A stretch of 64,000 nucleotides of DNA, taken from NCBI GenBank assembly GCA_965203275.1, contig OZ241865.1, positions 2,144,001 through 2,208,000 on the forward strand, given 5' to 3'. How positions within the stretch are numbered: position 1 is the stretch's first letter; the number at the start of each line of letters is the position of its first letter. The notes under the pieces were generated by a model. That model searched no databases. It saw nothing but the letters and a program-made list of their open reading frames with translations, and was not told where the DNA came from. The position numbers and the translations under genes are program-made. This DNA comes from Bdellovibrionales bacterium (GTDB lineage: Bacteria; Bdellovibrionota; Bdellovibrionia; Bdellovibrionales; JAUICD01). This document shows positions 62,001 through 64,000 of the stretch, piece by piece.

Positions 62001-63280
62001 GTGATCGAGGGGGTTGTTTTTTATCTAAATTAGGTGAAATCAGTTGTTGGAAAGGAGAGACTGTGGGGCTATATGATAATTCATGGGAATTTAATCAGTG
62101 CTTACCACCAGATGGGGATTTTGAAGGAGAAAAAGAATGGATTGCCTCTTTTGATCCTATGAAATTTACTAGCTCTGTCAATTTAGGTTGTAGAAGTGGG
62201 AGCGGTTCAAATTGTCCAAAATATACAGCACTTGCTGTTTCTTTTAACTTTTACTATGACGGAGATGATCATTATATTTGTGCCATCTTAGACGATCAAA
62301 AAGTCAAATGCTGGGGAAAAAATGAGAAAGGCCAATTGGGGCTAGGCCATAAAGATGCTAAGTATGATCCTTCAGAATTCGAACCTATATTAAAGACTAA
62401 AAAGGTCAAGGCTATTTCTGCAGGGTTTGGGCATGCCTGTGTAATTCTTGATGGACCAGATGATGATAAAGATAAAGTTGGATGTTGGGGACATAATAAT
62501 AAAGGCCAATTAGGGCTAAATAGTAGTACTGATAGTAATGATAATGACAAAACTGACGTTAGGACAAATATCGATTTGGTTATTCTTGGAGGAGATAATA
62601 AAGTTAAGGCTATTTCTGCAGGTCATCTTCATACCTGTTCAATCCTGAAAGATGGTGATGATGATGGAAGGGTTAAGTGTTGGGGAGATAATGCTAATCA
62701 TCAATTAGGTACTGGAACAACTACCAATTATGGTGGTGGTACTCCTCATGTATCACATGCAAACAATATTTTTGATAAAGAAGCTACTAATCGTCCAAAT
62801 GGTACAAAAGCCAAACAAGCAGTTGCTGGGACTGGTGTTACGTGTATTATTAACGAGACTGAGACAGAGGTTATTTGTTTATCAAGCAACGGTGATTTTG
62901 ATATAAATACTACGAATTTAGGTTCAAGTACTATAGCCGTAGACGATTCTGGAGCACCTAGAAGGGTTTTCACTTTTAAAAGCGACACTACTAAAAAATT
63001 TAAAGCACTTTCTCTTACTTATCGTAGTATATGTATTTTATCAAATAGCGATGAGGTTGATTGTTTCGGGAAAAAATCACCCCCTCATAAGCATCAGTTT
63101 TCTGGTTTATTTTCTGAACAACTAGATAATAATAAAGTTAAATTTATAGCAACAGGAAGTGAAAATCAGTGTGCTTATTTAGACAATGATCAAGTGAACT
63201 GCTGGGGATTCCACGATGGCAACACCCTAAAAGAAAGACCTTTTATTTGTCCTAACGATGCTTCACAAACCAGTCTTTAA
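59073..63280 (+). CDS. giant surface lipoprotein (repeated W-x-W-G-C and Ig-like domains plus RCC1 C-terminus), frameshifted at a C23 tract
   Basis: ISCG lipobox. ORF 59073-59654 joins the frame open from 59642 to 63280 if the tract has 21 or 24 C. Confidence 0.85.
59619..59641 (+). repeat. poly-C homopolymer (23 C)
   Basis: Counted directly. Confidence 0.95.
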
Positions 63281-63310
63281 ACTTCAAAATATATTAAGTC
63301 ATAATACCTA

Positions 63311-63352
63311 GGGGGCCATGTTTTTTAAAGAGATTTCGTGGCCCCCTTTTTT
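63311..63352 (+). terminator. putative rho-independent terminator
   Basis: GGGGGCCA...TGGCCCCC stem followed by T6. Confidence 0.6.
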
Positions 63353-63635
63353 CAAACTGCAATACTTTCAGATCATCTTAACAATCATTAATCCTTCTTG
63401 ACTTTTTTAAAAGGTATTATAAAATAGATGACCCATCAAAATAGTATAAGGTAAGCCTGACAGCACATCACAAAGACCAAAAAAGCTGATACCATATAAA
63501 AGACTTGACCTTAATGTTGTTTTATGCTAAAATTATTACGTAGCCAGCTTTATCGACATTCAAGTAAAAAATTGTGTTAAAGTCAGACTAAAATCCTGAC
63601 GATATATAAAGGCATAACCAACCAAGGATGACATT

Positions 63636-64000
63636 ATGGAAGCTTTCATTGAAATACTTAATCAGCTAGATGCAATGACCATCTTAGCTATGTTTGGTAT
63701 AGGATATTTTTTTTATACTAAAATCACAAATGCTTTTAATGAACGAATCAACCAATCAGAGAATAACTTAAAGGAACAGATAAATAATTTAAGGGAATTG
63801 GTGAACAAATCAGAAAATAACTTAAGGGAATTGGTAAACCAATCAGAAAAGCACTTAAAGGAATATATAGATGCTAAAATGGAACCTATTCAAGAGCAGG
63901 TATACAATCATATACCTACACAGATGAAAGCCATGGAAGATAAGTTTGATCGAAGATTCGAAATTATGGAAGATAAGTTCGATCGAAAGTTCGATACATT
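63636..64000 (+). CDS. TM + coiled-coil repeat protein, third family member (runs off the window)
   Basis: MEAFIEIL...EQVYNHIPTQMKAMEDKFDRRFEIMEDKFDRKF shares the NH(L/I)P(S/T)Q motif; AAGGA RBS. Confidence 0.75.
   Translation, partial: MEAFIEILNQLDAMTILAMFGIGYFFYTKITNAFNERINQSENNLKEQINNLRELVNKSENNLRELVNQSEKHLKEYIDAKMEPIQEQVYNHIPTQMKAMEDKFDRRFEIMEDKFDRKFDT

Noticed and set aside
59081..62988. Short antisense or overlapping ORFs here and inside other long genes
   Set aside because: Shadow ORFs of well-supported CDSs, without motifs.

Overview
AT-rich bacterial window whose gene content suggests Bdellovibrionota (inference). Supporting cues are a PilZ protein, a GltA/B-like OM barrel beside a GltC-like TPR protein, FQNC/FNNC-type lipoproteins and type IV pilins. 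Ankyrin and RCC1 proteins hint at a host-associated lifestyle. Housekeeping genes (tRNA-Ser, plsC-like, coaX, pncC/cinA, tatA, miaA, nadK, murJ, pdxA, csp, scpB) flank a ~25 kb defence island (~25.3-49.7 kb). The island has one type III Res with three Mod genes, two further MTases beside broken endonucleases, AAA+DUF3226, TIR plus a membrane protein, toxin-antitoxin pairs and unknown gene pairs. The most unusual signals are: (1) a multicopy ~140 bp branched-hairpin element with compensatory changes in four stems, in clusters and a 6-copy tandem array; (2) a second covarying hairpin family ending in a G-quadruplex motif; (3) mod paralogues with near-identical ends and different target-recognition regions, with R-M gene tails repeated at cassette junctions; (4) sigma28-promoter/ankyrin cassettes next to a serine recombinase; (5) a C23 tract that frameshifts a ~1400 aa surface lipoprotein. 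All family calls come from motif recognition by eye; no searches were run.
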